From assembly GCA_963823335.1 (NCBI GenBank), contig CAWGLD010000007.1, positions 224,001-288,000 on the forward strand: a DNA stretch of 64,000 nt, written 5' to 3'. Origin of the DNA: an uncultured delta proteobacterium. Its GTDB lineage: Bacteria > Desulfobacterota > Desulfobacteria > Desulfobacterales > B30-G6. Below the pieces are notes generated by a model that had not been told where the DNA came from, did no database searches, and was given only the letters and a program-made list of their open reading frames with translations. This document shows, one piece after another, positions 17,945 through 29,032 of this stretch (positions within the stretch are counted from its first letter, which is position 1; every line of letters starts with the position of its first letter). The position numbers and the translations under genes are program-made.

Positions 17945-18868
17945 TCATACGTCCTTTTTGTTAAATTGGGTAATAAAAATCCCTGTTACGATCAAAACCA
18001 AGGCAATAAGGATATTACCTGTTATCGGCTCTTTTAATATCAGTCCACCAAGCAGCACACCAACAATCGGCATGATAAATATAAAAGTATGTAGGGATAC
18101 GGCGCCATAACGCTGTAAAAGCATATTCCAGGCAACAAAGCCAAAGCTGCCGGTGATCAAGCCTTGATACAAGATAGCCGCAACAACTCCCCCACCCGGC
18201 GCATTCATCATGGGCTTGTCAAAAAAAAATGCACAGATATACAGAAATGGGACGGCGAACAATAGGGGAAAGAAAACCATCTGAAAGGGGCGATAATTTT
18301 GAATGATTTTTTTAGTATACACGCCGCTGCAAGCCCAGAGCAGAGTAGCGCAGAAAATGATGATGTCACCGGTTTTGAGCTCACCCGAAATATCACGTTT
18401 CTGCAAAAATACGAAAAGTATTCCCGAAAAACCCATCAGAATTCCTAACAGCTTACCAAGGGTAATCCGATCATCTCGCGTAAAGAAATGGCTCAACAGC
18501 AGCACCAGAAATGGAACCAGATTAACGATAAGGGCGCCCCGTGAAGCGAATGTTTTACTGAGGCCCACATAGAACAAGCTAATTTGGGCTACAAACAGAA
18601 CTGATATGATTAAAAGTTGATGGGCTTGACCCTTTCTGAAGCGAATGGGTTGGTGAGTGAAACGAGCCCACAGAAATATGGCCACGACGGCGATGCTGAA
18701 ACGTACGGCAGCCGCTGTAAACGTACCCAGACCCGTCAGTGTGAATTTTATGGCCACCGCATTGGCCCCAAAAAGGGTGCACAGAAAAATGGCCAACACC
18801 GACGCCTGTAACGAAAGGGGTCTGTGAGTCGATTCACTTTGGGCGACGATTCCGTATCGTTGAAACAT
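17945..18868 (-). CDS. EamA/DMT family transporter
   Basis: About 10 TM segments with duplicated EamA motifs (LFG.N.VAIK, RF..A, LKEPIT); start uncertain. Confidence 0.88.
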   Translation of the reverse strand: MFQRYGIVAQSESTHRPLSLQASVLAIFLCTLFGANAVAIKFTLTGLGTFTAAAVRFSIAVVAIFLWARFTHQPIRFRKGQAHQLLIISVLFVAQISLFYVGLSKTFASRGALIVNLVPFLVLLLSHFFTRDDRITLGKLLGILMGFSGILFVFLQKRDISGELKTGDIIIFCATLLWACSGVYTKKIIQNYRPFQMVFFPLLFAVPFLYICAFFFDKPMMNAPGGGVVAAILYQGLITGSFGFVAWNMLLQRYGAVSLHTFIFIMPIVGVLLGGLILKEPITGNILIALVLIVTGIFITQFNKKDV

Positions 18869-19180
18869 TGAATTCTCTATTTGCCTGCTTAGACTAAAAT
18901 ACTGACACTTATCATCAACCAACAAGGCCAAGATGTAGCTAAGGCCGAATACAAATCCGACCGATAGTATTATTACTGAGAAGAGTCAAAAGCAGACCCC
19001 ATTAAACTTTTTGGCGTTGGCTTTTGCATGCCCTCCTGTAAACGCCTTTATGTGCACAGGCACTTAAATTTGCAGTTTATAGTTCAAGCAAGTAAAAGGT
19101 TGTTATACGAATCTTGCATGAAATTTGATGAGAAAAAACGACCATCATGCACTTTTCCCATTTTGTGTGATAGATTGTAA

Positions 19181-19861
19181 TCAGGGTGCAAGCAACACCC
19201 GCTGCCATGTGCCATTATTCAAAACATAGAGCTCCCTGAGGTGAATCCAGTCGAAGCGTCCCTCCCAGAATTCCATTTTATCGGGAATCAGGCAATACCC
19301 ACCCCAGGAGCCAGGACAGGGTATGGGTTTTCCCTTGTACCGACGTTTGATCTGATTAACTTTTTCTATCAGATCTTCCCTTCCCTCAATGACACTGCTC
19401 TGGGGAACCGCAGCCGAGGCAGCCTGGTTTTCCCGTCTGCGGGCTCTCCAGTCAGCTTCTGCCTCTTTACGGGAGAGCTTTAAAACCCTGCCATCAATGC
19501 GAATCTGGCGCGGGGGAAAATGCCAGTAAAAAACCAGTACCGCCGACGGGTTAGCACCCAGCTCCTTACTCTTATTGCTTTCATTGTCCGTATAAAAGGA
19601 AAACCCGCCGTGAACAAGCCCTTTGAATAGAACTGACCTGGCAGCAGGTCTGTCTTCAGGCGTTGTGGTTGCCAGAGTAGCAATGTCAGGCCGGAGTAGG
19701 TTAGACCAGGGAAGGATCGCTTCGAACAGACGCCTGATAACCTGGGTTCCCCGGGAGATTACCCGGTTTTTCGGAAACAATCCTCCCTTACCCGTCCGGG
19801 CCTCCTCATGCCATTTGTGGAATAGGTTTATAGGATCCGCTACGGAATCATTACTTTCCAC
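19181..19861 (-). CDS. pdxH: pyridoxine/pyridoxamine 5'-phosphate oxidase
   Basis: LATT, R.VLFKG, FYTD.ES.K, RQIRI.G, WGGY...P...EFW.GR...H.R..Y, W....LAP. Confidence 0.88.
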   Translation of the reverse strand: MESNDSVADPINLFHKWHEEARTGKGGLFPKNRVISRGTQVIRRLFEAILPWSNLLRPDIATLATTTPEDRPAARSVLFKGLVHGGFSFYTDNESNKSKELGANPSAVLVFYWHFPPRQIRIDGRVLKLSRKEAEADWRARRRENQAASAAVPQSSVIEGREDLIEKVNQIKRRYKGKPIPCPGSWGGYCLIPDKMEFWEGRFDWIHLRELYVLNNGTWQRVLLAP

Positions 19862-20316
19862 AGTGACCTCGGTAAAACTTGTTGGTGACCTTATCTTACG
19901 CTTCTGCCCGATTTTCTCGAGAAATTATTTTCAACTGTGTAATACACTTGAAGCAATTATGCGTTGCACAGTCAATGAATTTATTATCATCAAGATTTTA
20001 TTCAACAACTTTTAACTCCGTAATTTCTTTCGTCTGCTCTGTAAACTTAATGTTAAGATGATGTGGATCCATGCTTTGTGCTGGATTGTTTCCGGGATGA
20101 AAACCCTATCCGATTGTCTTTGCAATGGAATATTATTCGCTTATATCAGGTTCGGGTGAAGCGGTTATATCCACTTTTCACTGCAGACTTGCACGAGCGA
20201 TGGTGAACATCTATCTGCTTTCGTTGAAATTGGGGTTTGATGCAGCTAAATCCACTTAAAAGTTCTGCACAACCGTCCCCATCGATGACTTCGCCCCCCT
20301 GTGGTCCTGTAGATCG

Positions 20317-21405
20317 TTAACCCAGGTGACGACCAAGCGCATCTGCCATCCGGATGGCCTCTATGATCCCTTCGGGTGTCAAATCGAATCTCACATTGTG
20401 CAAATAGCTTTGTTTGTTTTCAAAAACCGGATGAATGGCTGCATCCAATTCCCTGTCTGTAACTTCCTCCAGGCCGATTTGCGCCAATGTGGTCGGCAGT
20501 CCGACAGATCTGCAGAATGCGTATACTTCATCTATCAAAGTCTGTGGCCTTGCTTCAAGGAATAGCCCGGCCAGGGTACCGAATGCCACCTTTTCGCCGT
20601 GATAATATGCGTGCGTATCTTCCAGATTGCAGAGGCAGTCATGAATACCATGTGCAGTTGAGAGACCGCCTGATTCGAAACCAAGACCGCTGAGAAGGGT
20701 ATTGGCTTCTACAATGCACTCAAGCGCTGGATTTACCAAATTGTTTTCACACGCGATCTTGGCTGTGCTGCCGTATGTTAAAAGGGTCTTGTAGCATGCT
20801 TCGGCAAGGGACATGATTGCCCTAAGATTGAATCCACCACATACGTTTCGGAAATAAGATCGATCACAGGTCTCCGCTTCAAACCATGTTGCAAGAGCGT
20901 CGCCCATTCCGGAAACAAGAAACCTTGCCGGTGCTTCAGCAATGATCCTCGTATCCACCAGAACATAATCGGGGTTGCTTGTGGTGAAATAGTCGACAAT
21001 CGAACCTTCCTTACTGTAAACGACACAAGCACTTGCGGTGGGTGCGTCTGTAGCGGCGATGGTAGGCGCTGCGATATATTTGACACCCAATTGATTGGCA
21101 ACCACCCTGGCCGTGTCAATGGTTTTCCCACCCCCCATGCCGATGATGAAATCATAAACACCACCTTTTGCTATCTCGAGCACCCTGTTGATCTCATCCC
21201 AGGTGCACGCACCACTGAATTTCTCATATTTGATTTCGCATATACTTTTCCAGGTTGAAAGGTTTTCCGGAATAATTCTCTTAACGGCTGTATTTGTAGC
21301 GAGAATAAAAACTCTTTTCTTTTTAAGTTCTTCAATTTCCCCAAGATTTCGGAGAATATCCTTCCCCTGTATATAACACCCTGGGAAAAAGGCTTTTCGT
21401 ATCAT
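20317..21405 (-). CDS. gldA: glycerol dehydrogenase
   Basis: GGGKTIDTA, PTIAATDAP, SGMGDALATWFEA, EANTLLSGLGFESGGL..AH.IH, HGEKVAFG. Confidence 0.92.
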   Translation of the reverse strand: MIRKAFFPGCYIQGKDILRNLGEIEELKKKRVFILATNTAVKRIIPENLSTWKSICEIKYEKFSGACTWDEINRVLEIAKGGVYDFIIGMGGGKTIDTARVVANQLGVKYIAAPTIAATDAPTASACVVYSKEGSIVDYFTTSNPDYVLVDTRIIAEAPARFLVSGMGDALATWFEAETCDRSYFRNVCGGFNLRAIMSLAEACYKTLLTYGSTAKIACENNLVNPALECIVEANTLLSGLGFESGGLSTAHGIHDCLCNLEDTHAYYHGEKVAFGTLAGLFLEARPQTLIDEVYAFCRSVGLPTTLAQIGLEEVTDRELDAAIHPVFENKQSYLHNVRFDLTPEGIIEAIRMADALGRHLG

Positions 21406-22141
21406 TGGTTAACCCTCCCTTCTCAATATATTGTGGCCAATCGGGATTCCGACCTATGGCGACCCCATACCAGAAAGCCAAACTTCACGGGACTTGTGAC
21501 CTATTGAGAGTATCGCGCCCTCCACGCTCTTGAAAAAATTGCCAGAAATCTACTAATCCAGCAAGAAAAAATATTGTGATACCATCATTTCATTGAGAGC
21601 CTGCTGATTTGTGATACCATGTTTTTCTAATGTTCGTCGAAATGTAATATTCTCTTATCAAATGGTTGGACTGGGCTGTGGTCTGAAGGATATATCTCAG
21701 ATGGAATAGATCCTATTCGTTCATTAATGTAATAAATACGTTCCGGCTTTTGCCTCGGCGGCTAAAGATATTGCGAATAATTCGAGACCGACCACACCCC
21801 AATCCTCGGCTATTAGTCTACAGCTTTTTTAGCAGAATCGACGGCCTCATCCAATTTTTGACCAGCCTTTTCTGCCGGGCCTTTTTCGCAACCAATGGTC
21901 GCGACCGCTACAAACGAACACAAGACACATAAAAAAATGACTTTTTTCAGATTTTTCATTGGCTATTTCCTTTCGATGTTTATTCCAATAAAAAATGGCT
22001 TCCATTTCCGAGTCGGTTATAGACAGCAAGAATCGCTTGACTTCCTGGTTATAAATTATGATATATTTGCGTGTTCAATAAATGAATTGAGTGGATAAAC
22101 CCATCAGAGTTTGAACATTTCAAAAACGATTTCATGTTTCC

Positions 22142-23065
22142 ATGCATATAATTGCTTTCATTGCCAGCCTTGTTGTTGCTGCTCAAATAATCGTAACCAT
22201 CATCGTCGGTTCCAGCATCTGCCCCACGAAAGGGTGTAAGATCGTCGAAGGGCTCACGATTATCTCGCCGCTGCTATTGAACTTTCTAGGCCTGTTGTTT
22301 TTTCAGGCGGTATTCTGGGCACGCAGGTTATTAAAGGGAAAAGAGTTCTGGGGGTTCAATCCACTCGGAGTCATACTGCTTTGCGGTCTTGCTTTCGATT
22401 CAACGCTTATAGCCTATCAAATTTACGTAGCGCAAACTTTTTGCGGTTATTGTCTATTTGTATTTGGGTTTGTACTGCTGTTGAACCTGTTGAACGGGCT
22501 CAAACAGGTGTTCTTGGGTTTGTCCATCATAGGAGCGATTCTCTTTTCATTTTCCATATTGAGCTTTGTGCCAGGAGGGTCTGTTTCAAAGATGTTTTCG
22601 TTAAAACAGGCAGCCTACGGCTTGAAATCATGCTCGGCGCCCACTAAGGAGATCTACCTCTTATTTTCATCCAATTGCCCTCACTGTCAATCGGTCATAA
22701 AAAGTCTGAACCAATGCAATAGCTGCGACCTTTACCTTAACCCAATCGATGACATTAAAAAGTTGGATATCGACGGGATAACGTTGAACGAAGGATTTTC
22801 ACCACGCATCAACGGTCACATTCTTACGGTGCTGGGCATAGACACGATTCCGGTTCTCATTTCAAAAGGACCTGACACCTACAGTATCATTAAGGGTGAG
22901 AAAAATATTCTGAACTACATCCGCCACACCTGCTTCACGTCCGATGATGTGATCTTCCTGGACAGGTCGATCAGCACAGATGATGAGGAGATAAGCGTAT
23001 TTAGCGAAGAGTCCGGGGAGTGTTCCGTAACTGTAGACTGTGCTGAAAGCGAATATCCCAATTAA
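22142..23065 (+). CDS. VKOR-like membrane protein fused to a thioredoxin-like domain
   Basis: Loop C-x4-C, TM helices with CGYC, then soluble 'LFSSNCPHC'. Confidence 0.75.
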   Translation: MHIIAFIASLVVAAQIIVTIIVGSSICPTKGCKIVEGLTIISPLLLNFLGLLFFQAVFWARRLLKGKEFWGFNPLGVILLCGLAFDSTLIAYQIYVAQTFCGYCLFVFGFVLLLNLLNGLKQVFLGLSIIGAILFSFSILSFVPGGSVSKMFSLKQAAYGLKSCSAPTKEIYLLFSSNCPHCQSVIKSLNQCNSCDLYLNPIDDIKKLDIDGITLNEGFSPRINGHILTVLGIDTIPVLISKGPDTYSIIKGEKNILNYIRHTCFTSDDVIFLDRSISTDDEEISVFSEESGECSVTVDCAESEYPN

Positions 23066-23200
23066 ATTAGCTGAATTATAAAGGCAACATCTGAAATAAT
23101 CTCCGGAAAAGGCCTCTCCCACCTCCTTGTTTGTGCCCAGAAGAGCTACCATCTCCTGAAAAATCTCTTTACAGAGAACAACAACGGATTTTGCCCCGGG

Positions 23201-23380
23201 AACATTAGACGCGGCAGGACCTTTTGGCCCTTGCTCTATGTCAAAGGAAACTTGATCGCCTTCATTGAGGGATTTAAAACCATCAGCGTTTATTCCTGAA
23301 TGATGAACAAATACATCCGATCCATTTTCCTGCTCAATGAATCCGAATCCTTTGTGGTCGTTAAACCATTTAACAATTCC
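23201..23380 (-). pseudogene. cold-shock protein (CspA-like) remnant lacking start and normal stop
   Basis: Translates [60 protein letters not shown]; no in-frame start nearby; absent from the ORF track. Confidence 0.85.
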
Positions 23381-23396
23381 ATATTTATGGCAGTTG

Positions 23397-24329
23397 TTAT
23401 TGTGACACCATCGATTCGGTTTTATGTATTCCGTATCGCCCTATCAGACTGGATGATTTTATTTTACCCACTTCTTTTCCGGGTATAAACACTGCTTTAA
23501 TATGAAGTGGTTCGGCCTGGTCCAAACCTGAGGGACAAAATTGCCCGGTTAAGATTCCCACACGCCAGCCGTTAAAATCAAGGTATCGAGTGGCTTTCTT
23601 GTAACCATAGACGCTGGTTTTATCTGCAGAGACTTTTACCTGTAGTTCCGCCGAGGGTGAAATGCGATCCAGAAGAAACACGAAGACTGCATACTCGACG
23701 ATTTCTTCCGTTTTTTCTGAAGATGGAGAGACAGCCTTACTGCCGGCAAATTTAAAAAGCGCCATATAGGAATCAGGAAAGAGGTTTGCACTTTTCGGTA
23801 GAAAGGTAGCCGGTACGATAAACATTACCGGTTCGGGTTTGGTTGAGTATAAAGGTTCTACCCGGGTCTCTTTTACGACGATATTGTTTTTTTCAGATCT
23901 ATATCGACTTAGAAACAGGGCCGATGCTCTGCGACCCAGAGGTCCTTCAAAATCGATCTTTCCTGCAATGGTTTTTTCTGACGGGATGCTTTTTTCTGTT
24001 TGGTAGATATAGAGCTCGGTTCCTGAAAATTTCAATTCCTTTCCGATCAAAAAAGAACCTGCGTCGATCTCTTTTTCAAACCTGACATTATTGGATCGGT
24101 ATTGATCGGCCATGATAATTTTATTATGGATGGCCACAGTGACTGCAGCTGCATCTTCCGGCATTTGGTCCAGGGAAACGGCAATTGGATCCGGGAGATT
24201 GATTTGACCCAATTGAGCCATTTTCTGTTTAAAGTTTTCTAGTTGTTCCTGCATTCCTGCACAGCCGAAGGTAAGGAACATCATAACTGCCGGTATAACA
24301 TAGCGATATTTCAATAAAGAAGAAAACAT
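23397..24329 (-). CDS. hypothetical lipoprotein, paralog of 24467-25723
   Basis: RBS ggagga; lipobox TFG-C; shares motifs with the neighbouring gene. Confidence 0.8.
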   Translation of the reverse strand: MFSSLLKYRYVIPAVMMFLTFGCAGMQEQLENFKQKMAQLGQINLPDPIAVSLDQMPEDAAAVTVAIHNKIIMADQYRSNNVRFEKEIDAGSFLIGKELKFSGTELYIYQTEKSIPSEKTIAGKIDFEGPLGRRASALFLSRYRSEKNNIVVKETRVEPLYSTKPEPVMFIVPATFLPKSANLFPDSYMALFKFAGSKAVSPSSEKTEEIVEYAVFVFLLDRISPSAELQVKVSADKTSVYGYKKATRYLDFNGWRVGILTGQFCPSGLDQAEPLHIKAVFIPGKEVGKIKSSSLIGRYGIHKTESMVSQ

Positions 24330-24466
24330 GTCTGTCCTCCAAAGAAAAAGGTAACGAGACCTTTATAAATCAATACGTTTCTTTTTTTACTAAAATTGAA
24401 GAATCTCGCATCATGCGAAGCACTGCCGCAGGCAGAACCCACGGGGAATGCCCTCACTGTTGCGGT

Positions 24467-25723
24467 TCAGGGTGCCGTTAATTCGTTGGGCCACATCTTT
24501 GCCTTAAGAGTATCCCTTAAACGTTTTTGCTCGGGTGATAAGGGAGTCATCTTGAGTTCGCCGGGTTGGTAACCCTTTTGGCCAGGTCCCGACGGCGCTG
24601 CTTGAATTTGATCACGAGCAGGTTTTGCCAAGGCTTTTGGTTTTTGATCCATTTTATACTGGTCTATAGCCTGATGCGTTTTTCCCCCCATGAACCCGTC
24701 GGCAGGACCGGGGTTATAGCCCGCATCGATCAAAGCAAGCTGTGCCTTTTTTATCAGAGGATCCGAAACTGGCTTTGCTAAACGCGTGTGAAAAAGACCG
24801 GCCAGAACAGGTTTTCCCAGTTCGAGCGTATTGTTTTGTTTTCTTCCGGCCTTAAATATCGCCTTGATATAAAGCTTCTCACCGGTAAGAGAGATTCTGC
24901 ATCGGGCGATGTCGACGTACCAGCCGGAATGGTCGAGGTGCACCCTGTTAAACCCGGTTTTGGCAATTCCGTCCGGTCCCCGGAAGATTAGTTTCTCTCC
25001 CTCCAAGCCATCTGGTGTTCCACTTAGTCTGAGTTCGGTTTGATCGTCAGGGCTTAGACGGTCGAGATAAAAGGCGAAAACATAATAATCCCGAATTCCC
25101 TTGGGTATTTGACCGGGCTTTCCCGCAGGAACGGCGTTATCGAGTATAAAACCCAATGTTAATGCGTTGTTTGAAAATGAATCGAAATCATTTTTTGTTA
25201 GCTTTTCTGCCGGTACAAAAAAAAGATTCAACTCCGGTCTGACCGGATATATCGGTCTTGTTTCCGCCTTGTTGATGATGATATTTTTAGAGGTTAATTT
25301 GTATTCGGTCTCCAGGGCTACGATGGTCCTCCTATTGGCTGCGTCAAGAAAATGAAGAAGCCCTTTAAGCCGTGCAAAACCGTTGTTTTTATCCGGAGTC
25401 AGGTACTCGTCTACAATGGTTTGCAAAAGCTCAAAACCGGCATATCTGAATTGGGGTTCCAACAGCTTTTGGGTTATGCCCGGGGAAAAAACGATTTCAG
25501 GCCAGTCTCCCTTGGGCTGAGGCTGACCATGCATTTCAAGTACAATGGCGGATATAACCATGACAAGCTCGGGGGGTGCTTTGTCGGTGTCCATACTGAT
25601 AAGCTTGCCCGGGAGATTTTCCGCTCCGGTCGAAATGCATATTCCAGGAAGCATGAAGAACGGCAGGAACAAAATAACTAGATATATGGTCATTCTTTGT
25701 GATTTCATCGTGTGCAACCTCAT
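24467..25723 (-). CDS. secreted protein with a C-terminal peptidoglycan-binding (PG_binding_1-like) domain
   Basis: Signal peptide; 'IKKAQLALIDAGYNPGPADGFMGGKTHQAI..Y'. Confidence 0.8.
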   Translation of the reverse strand: MRLHTMKSQRMTIYLVILFLPFFMLPGICISTGAENLPGKLISMDTDKAPPELVMVISAIVLEMHGQPQPKGDWPEIVFSPGITQKLLEPQFRYAGFELLQTIVDEYLTPDKNNGFARLKGLLHFLDAANRRTIVALETEYKLTSKNIIINKAETRPIYPVRPELNLFFVPAEKLTKNDFDSFSNNALTLGFILDNAVPAGKPGQIPKGIRDYYVFAFYLDRLSPDDQTELRLSGTPDGLEGEKLIFRGPDGIAKTGFNRVHLDHSGWYVDIARCRISLTGEKLYIKAIFKAGRKQNNTLELGKPVLAGLFHTRLAKPVSDPLIKKAQLALIDAGYNPGPADGFMGGKTHQAIDQYKMDQKPKALAKPARDQIQAAPSGPGQKGYQPGELKMTPLSPEQKRLRDTLKAKMWPNELTAP

Positions 25724-25737
25724 TCCAATTTAATTTA

Positions 25738-27018
25738 TCACCAAGGTTTATATCCCGGGCTATGACCGGTAATTTCTTTTGTCGTTTGGTCCGCAACAAC
25801 GTTGCCGTAATTTTTGAGGGCAACTTCCGTCACAACTTTACCCGTTTTACCGTATACCGCGCCAATTGATTTCTCATAGGGTTCTAAATGCTTTCCTATC
25901 TTAGTAACGACAAAAGCATTGGTAGCTGCCTGTCCCGTACCGGTAAGTATAGCCTCGCCCTGTGAAGCACCGCCTTCAAGTTCTGCTCCATACGCATCGG
26001 CACCAGCACGCAAAGCCTGAATGCCTGTTGTCGCCCCCCACACAGCTGTAGTGGTTTTAACTCCGCCACTAAGTAAAGCCCCGGCAGGTGTCACGGTAAG
26101 AGCCCATCCTGCAACGGTTCCGGCTGCTGCGGTAACTTCTAAGGCCGTAATTATAGCGTCTAAAGCAGGATTTAATGAGCCTCCGGTATGGATGTATTCT
26201 CTTCCCGGCCGGATTACCGTGCCTGAATCAAGAACAACACTAACCTCATGGGTACCGTCCGGATTAACAGTCGTGTGTACCCATGTATCGTTTGAGTATA
26301 TAGCCCATGTAGATATGGAACCGTCTTCGTTTTTTTCTGGGTCTAATATTTGATCGAGCGTGGCGCTCTTAGTGCCCGGCAATGTTCCCTGGGATCCAAT
26401 CAGGCCCTGGCCGGGGTTCGGCTGCCCGGTCGTTGCATCTTCCTGGGTACTGCCTTGAGGGTCTATATCGTCAACCGATGTTGCAACTTCTGTCTTTTTG
26501 TCCCCCTGGTCTTCAGATGTGGTTCCCCCGGCAGAACCATTGCTATCGCCAGCAACTTCCCCTTCTTGGGCAGTTTCTCCCGGGGAACTCCCTTCCTCGA
26601 CCTGTTCCTCAGCCTCTTCCTCCGTGCCAGAGGTGGTTTCCTCGTCAGAATCGTCACTGTTGCCCTCAACGTTTCCTTCTTCGCTGTCGTCGTTAGTCTC
26701 GCCCTCAACGTCCCCTTCCTGGGCAGTTTCTTCCAGGGAGTTAACTTCCTCAACCAGCTCCGCCACCTCTTCTTCCTTACCCGGATCGGTTTCGGAAGAC
26801 GTTGCGATTTCGGAATCGGCACCTTCCTGCGTAACAGGTGTGAACCCGGAGGGAGGTTTTGTTTCATCAGAGCTGGTGCTTCCTGTTGCGGTCATAGGAT
26901 CGCCATCGTCACTGCTTTCGTCTCTGCCGCCCCCGCCATCGCCATAAGCGTAGACGGATGTCGCCGGTATGGTCAGACCTAAAACAAGAAACAGAATTAT
27001 GCACAGACAGTTTCTCAT
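25738..27018 (-). CDS. secreted acidic low-complexity protein with a hydrophobic Gly/Ala-rich C-terminal domain
   Basis: RBS aggaga; signal peptide (VYA-Y); E/D/S-rich duplicated segment (ETAQEG.V); hydrophobic helices near the C-terminus. Confidence 0.78.
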   Translation of the reverse strand: MRNCLCIILFLVLGLTIPATSVYAYGDGGGGRDESSDDGDPMTATGSTSSDETKPPSGFTPVTQEGADSEIATSSETDPGKEEEVAELVEEVNSLEETAQEGDVEGETNDDSEEGNVEGNSDDSDEETTSGTEEEAEEQVEEGSSPGETAQEGEVAGDSNGSAGGTTSEDQGDKKTEVATSVDDIDPQGSTQEDATTGQPNPGQGLIGSQGTLPGTKSATLDQILDPEKNEDGSISTWAIYSNDTWVHTTVNPDGTHEVSVVLDSGTVIRPGREYIHTGGSLNPALDAIITALEVTAAAGTVAGWALTVTPAGALLSGGVKTTTAVWGATTGIQALRAGADAYGAELEGGASQGEAILTGTGQAATNAFVVTKIGKHLEPYEKSIGAVYGKTGKVVTEVALKNYGNVVADQTTKEITGHSPGYKPW

Positions 27019-27054
27019 GATGTCTCCTTGGCTGAAAGTTTAAAAATAAATGGT

Positions 27055-28716
27055 TCAGTCGCTTGTCAACTGTATCTCTTGAATGGCACCCGGCTCTATA
27101 TTGACGAATTCCGGGGCAATGCAAGCCAGTTTATGGCCACTGAACCTCGAAAGAAGCACCGGCGTGCTGTCATAACCTTGTTGATCGATATGTGTTAGGA
27201 ACAATTCCGTATAGGGTGTATTAATCTTTGAACTGAATACGAGCCAGCGGCTGTTCGGAGACCAGCTGTGCCAGGAATTCATGATGTCCGTATTGCATTG
27301 CATGCGTCTGGCGTTGCCGCCTTTGGCGGGTATGATGTACAGTTCACTGCCTGGCTGTATGGCCAGACCGGTCTCACACTGGGTAAAAACAATCCATTTG
27401 CCGTCAGGTGAAAAGCGCGGGAAATAGTTGCTCATGCCGTTATGACTTGCACCCGCCACGGGTTCTGGCACACCACCCCTACCATTATTGAACGGCACTC
27501 GATATAAATTATATTTGATCTGATACTTTTTGTTGAGGTCTGCAATTCGTACATCTGACCCGACATTGATGTAATTCTTTCCATCTAGTGCGTCAAGAAG
27601 TTGTTTCTCTACTTTCGCCCTTGAGAAAACGATGTATTTGCCGTCGGGGCTCCACACCGGGCAGGTCTGAACATATTGCGGGTCATCGGCCCCGGGCAAG
27701 GGAAAAAATCTTCTGTCTTCAATGGAATAAAAGGCGAGCAGTCCCTGGGCAGGAAAGAAGAATTGGGAAAATTCGAGATCCGACAGCATGGCGAAAAAGG
27801 ATTGTTCCTTGACAGTACTTATGACATGTTTTCCATCCGGTGAGATTTTTGAGAAAAAGCCTTGGCTTTTCCTCTTTACAGGATTTTGAAAATCGTTCCA
27901 TGTGATCAAATCCTTCCGGGTTAACAGCATGTGTTCTCTTGTCGGGGCCAACGCATAGCCACCCTTGTCATTCATGTAGTCTACATCCATGCCAAATATC
28001 CGGCCGTTTTTCGAAAAATGATGGCAGTTCCCGCAAAACATGAGATTCTTCATTATGACACGCGGGGTCTCGTATGATGCAACAGTGCCGAAACGCCATA
28101 CCGATCGTTCAGGATACTGCTTGGCCCGTGCAAAAGGAAGAGGCATCTGCAGGTAAAATATGGGAGCCCCGACCGCGTCCTGTGAGGTTGATATGGTGAT
28201 CGCTGCCCTGGTGACCGTCTTGTAAGATCTTCTTGTATTGACACCTGCTATTGTTACGGTGGCCTTACGACCGACTGAATTGGCCTTCACTATTTCCCAG
28301 ATATCTCTCCCGGGAGTCCATGTTGTGGCATCCGTTACGATGTGGATTCCGTTTCCGTTGTTTTCGAATCTAATTGTGATGAGCCATAAATCCGAGTGGA
28401 GGTACTGATCGCTCCAGGTAAACGTCGGCGAAGCAATATCCCGGGGGAAGAGGGCTTCATTGTAGGGATTCAGAATGTCAAATTCCGGATAATATGTATT
28501 GGGGTCAAATCCGGCATTTATAGACCGTATGATCTCGGTCGCATTGTCGATTGAATGTGTCAGTTTGTGAGACCCGCTCACAAGATAGATGTCGTGGCGC
28601 AGCAAGGCTTTTTGCGGAATGATTTTGAAAGTGCAGGCACAAAAAAAAACCAAACTGCACAACACTATAGCCAAAGGAGTCCTGCGTATTTCTTGAAACC
28701 GCCTCATGTCATTCAC
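27055..28716 (-). CDS. TolB-like (PD40) beta-propeller lipoprotein with a CxxCH motif
   Basis: Repeated SPDGK/WSPNS motifs; CGNCH; N-terminal hydrophobic segment with Cys. Confidence 0.82.
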   Translation of the reverse strand: MNDMRRFQEIRRTPLAIVLCSLVFFCACTFKIIPQKALLRHDIYLVSGSHKLTHSIDNATEIIRSINAGFDPNTYYPEFDILNPYNEALFPRDIASPTFTWSDQYLHSDLWLITIRFENNGNGIHIVTDATTWTPGRDIWEIVKANSVGRKATVTIAGVNTRRSYKTVTRAAITISTSQDAVGAPIFYLQMPLPFARAKQYPERSVWRFGTVASYETPRVIMKNLMFCGNCHHFSKNGRIFGMDVDYMNDKGGYALAPTREHMLLTRKDLITWNDFQNPVKRKSQGFFSKISPDGKHVISTVKEQSFFAMLSDLEFSQFFFPAQGLLAFYSIEDRRFFPLPGADDPQYVQTCPVWSPDGKYIVFSRAKVEKQLLDALDGKNYINVGSDVRIADLNKKYQIKYNLYRVPFNNGRGGVPEPVAGASHNGMSNYFPRFSPDGKWIVFTQCETGLAIQPGSELYIIPAKGGNARRMQCNTDIMNSWHSWSPNSRWLVFSSKINTPYTELFLTHIDQQGYDSTPVLLSRFSGHKLACIAPEFVNIEPGAIQEIQLTSD

Positions 28717-28996
28717 ATATCGTTGGTGGCCTTGATCAAGTCTGTCAAGGCTTTTCCACTTGGCAACGTGCTATACGCATGTCACATATACTCACCTGCC
28801 ATGAAAACAGGGCAGGTGACGAGATGTTGCTTTCAATTCGGGGGAGCATATAAATTGCGTCATACTATGTCAAGGATGTACTTAATAAATATCACAAGAA
28901 AAACTCATAATTATTGGTTCATAATTATGAACGCTTTCCAAGGTTGCTTTTTAAAATAACAGCATGGAAATCGTATTTAAAAAATGAACACAATGC

Positions 28997-29029
28997 TTGA
29001 CAATTGTCACGTGACGGTTTACATAAAAT
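28997..29029 (+). promoter_or_regulatory. promoter with palindromic operator upstream of higA
   Basis: TTGACA followed by the palindrome GTCACGTGAC in the spacer. Confidence 0.55.
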
Positions 29030-29032
29030 GGC

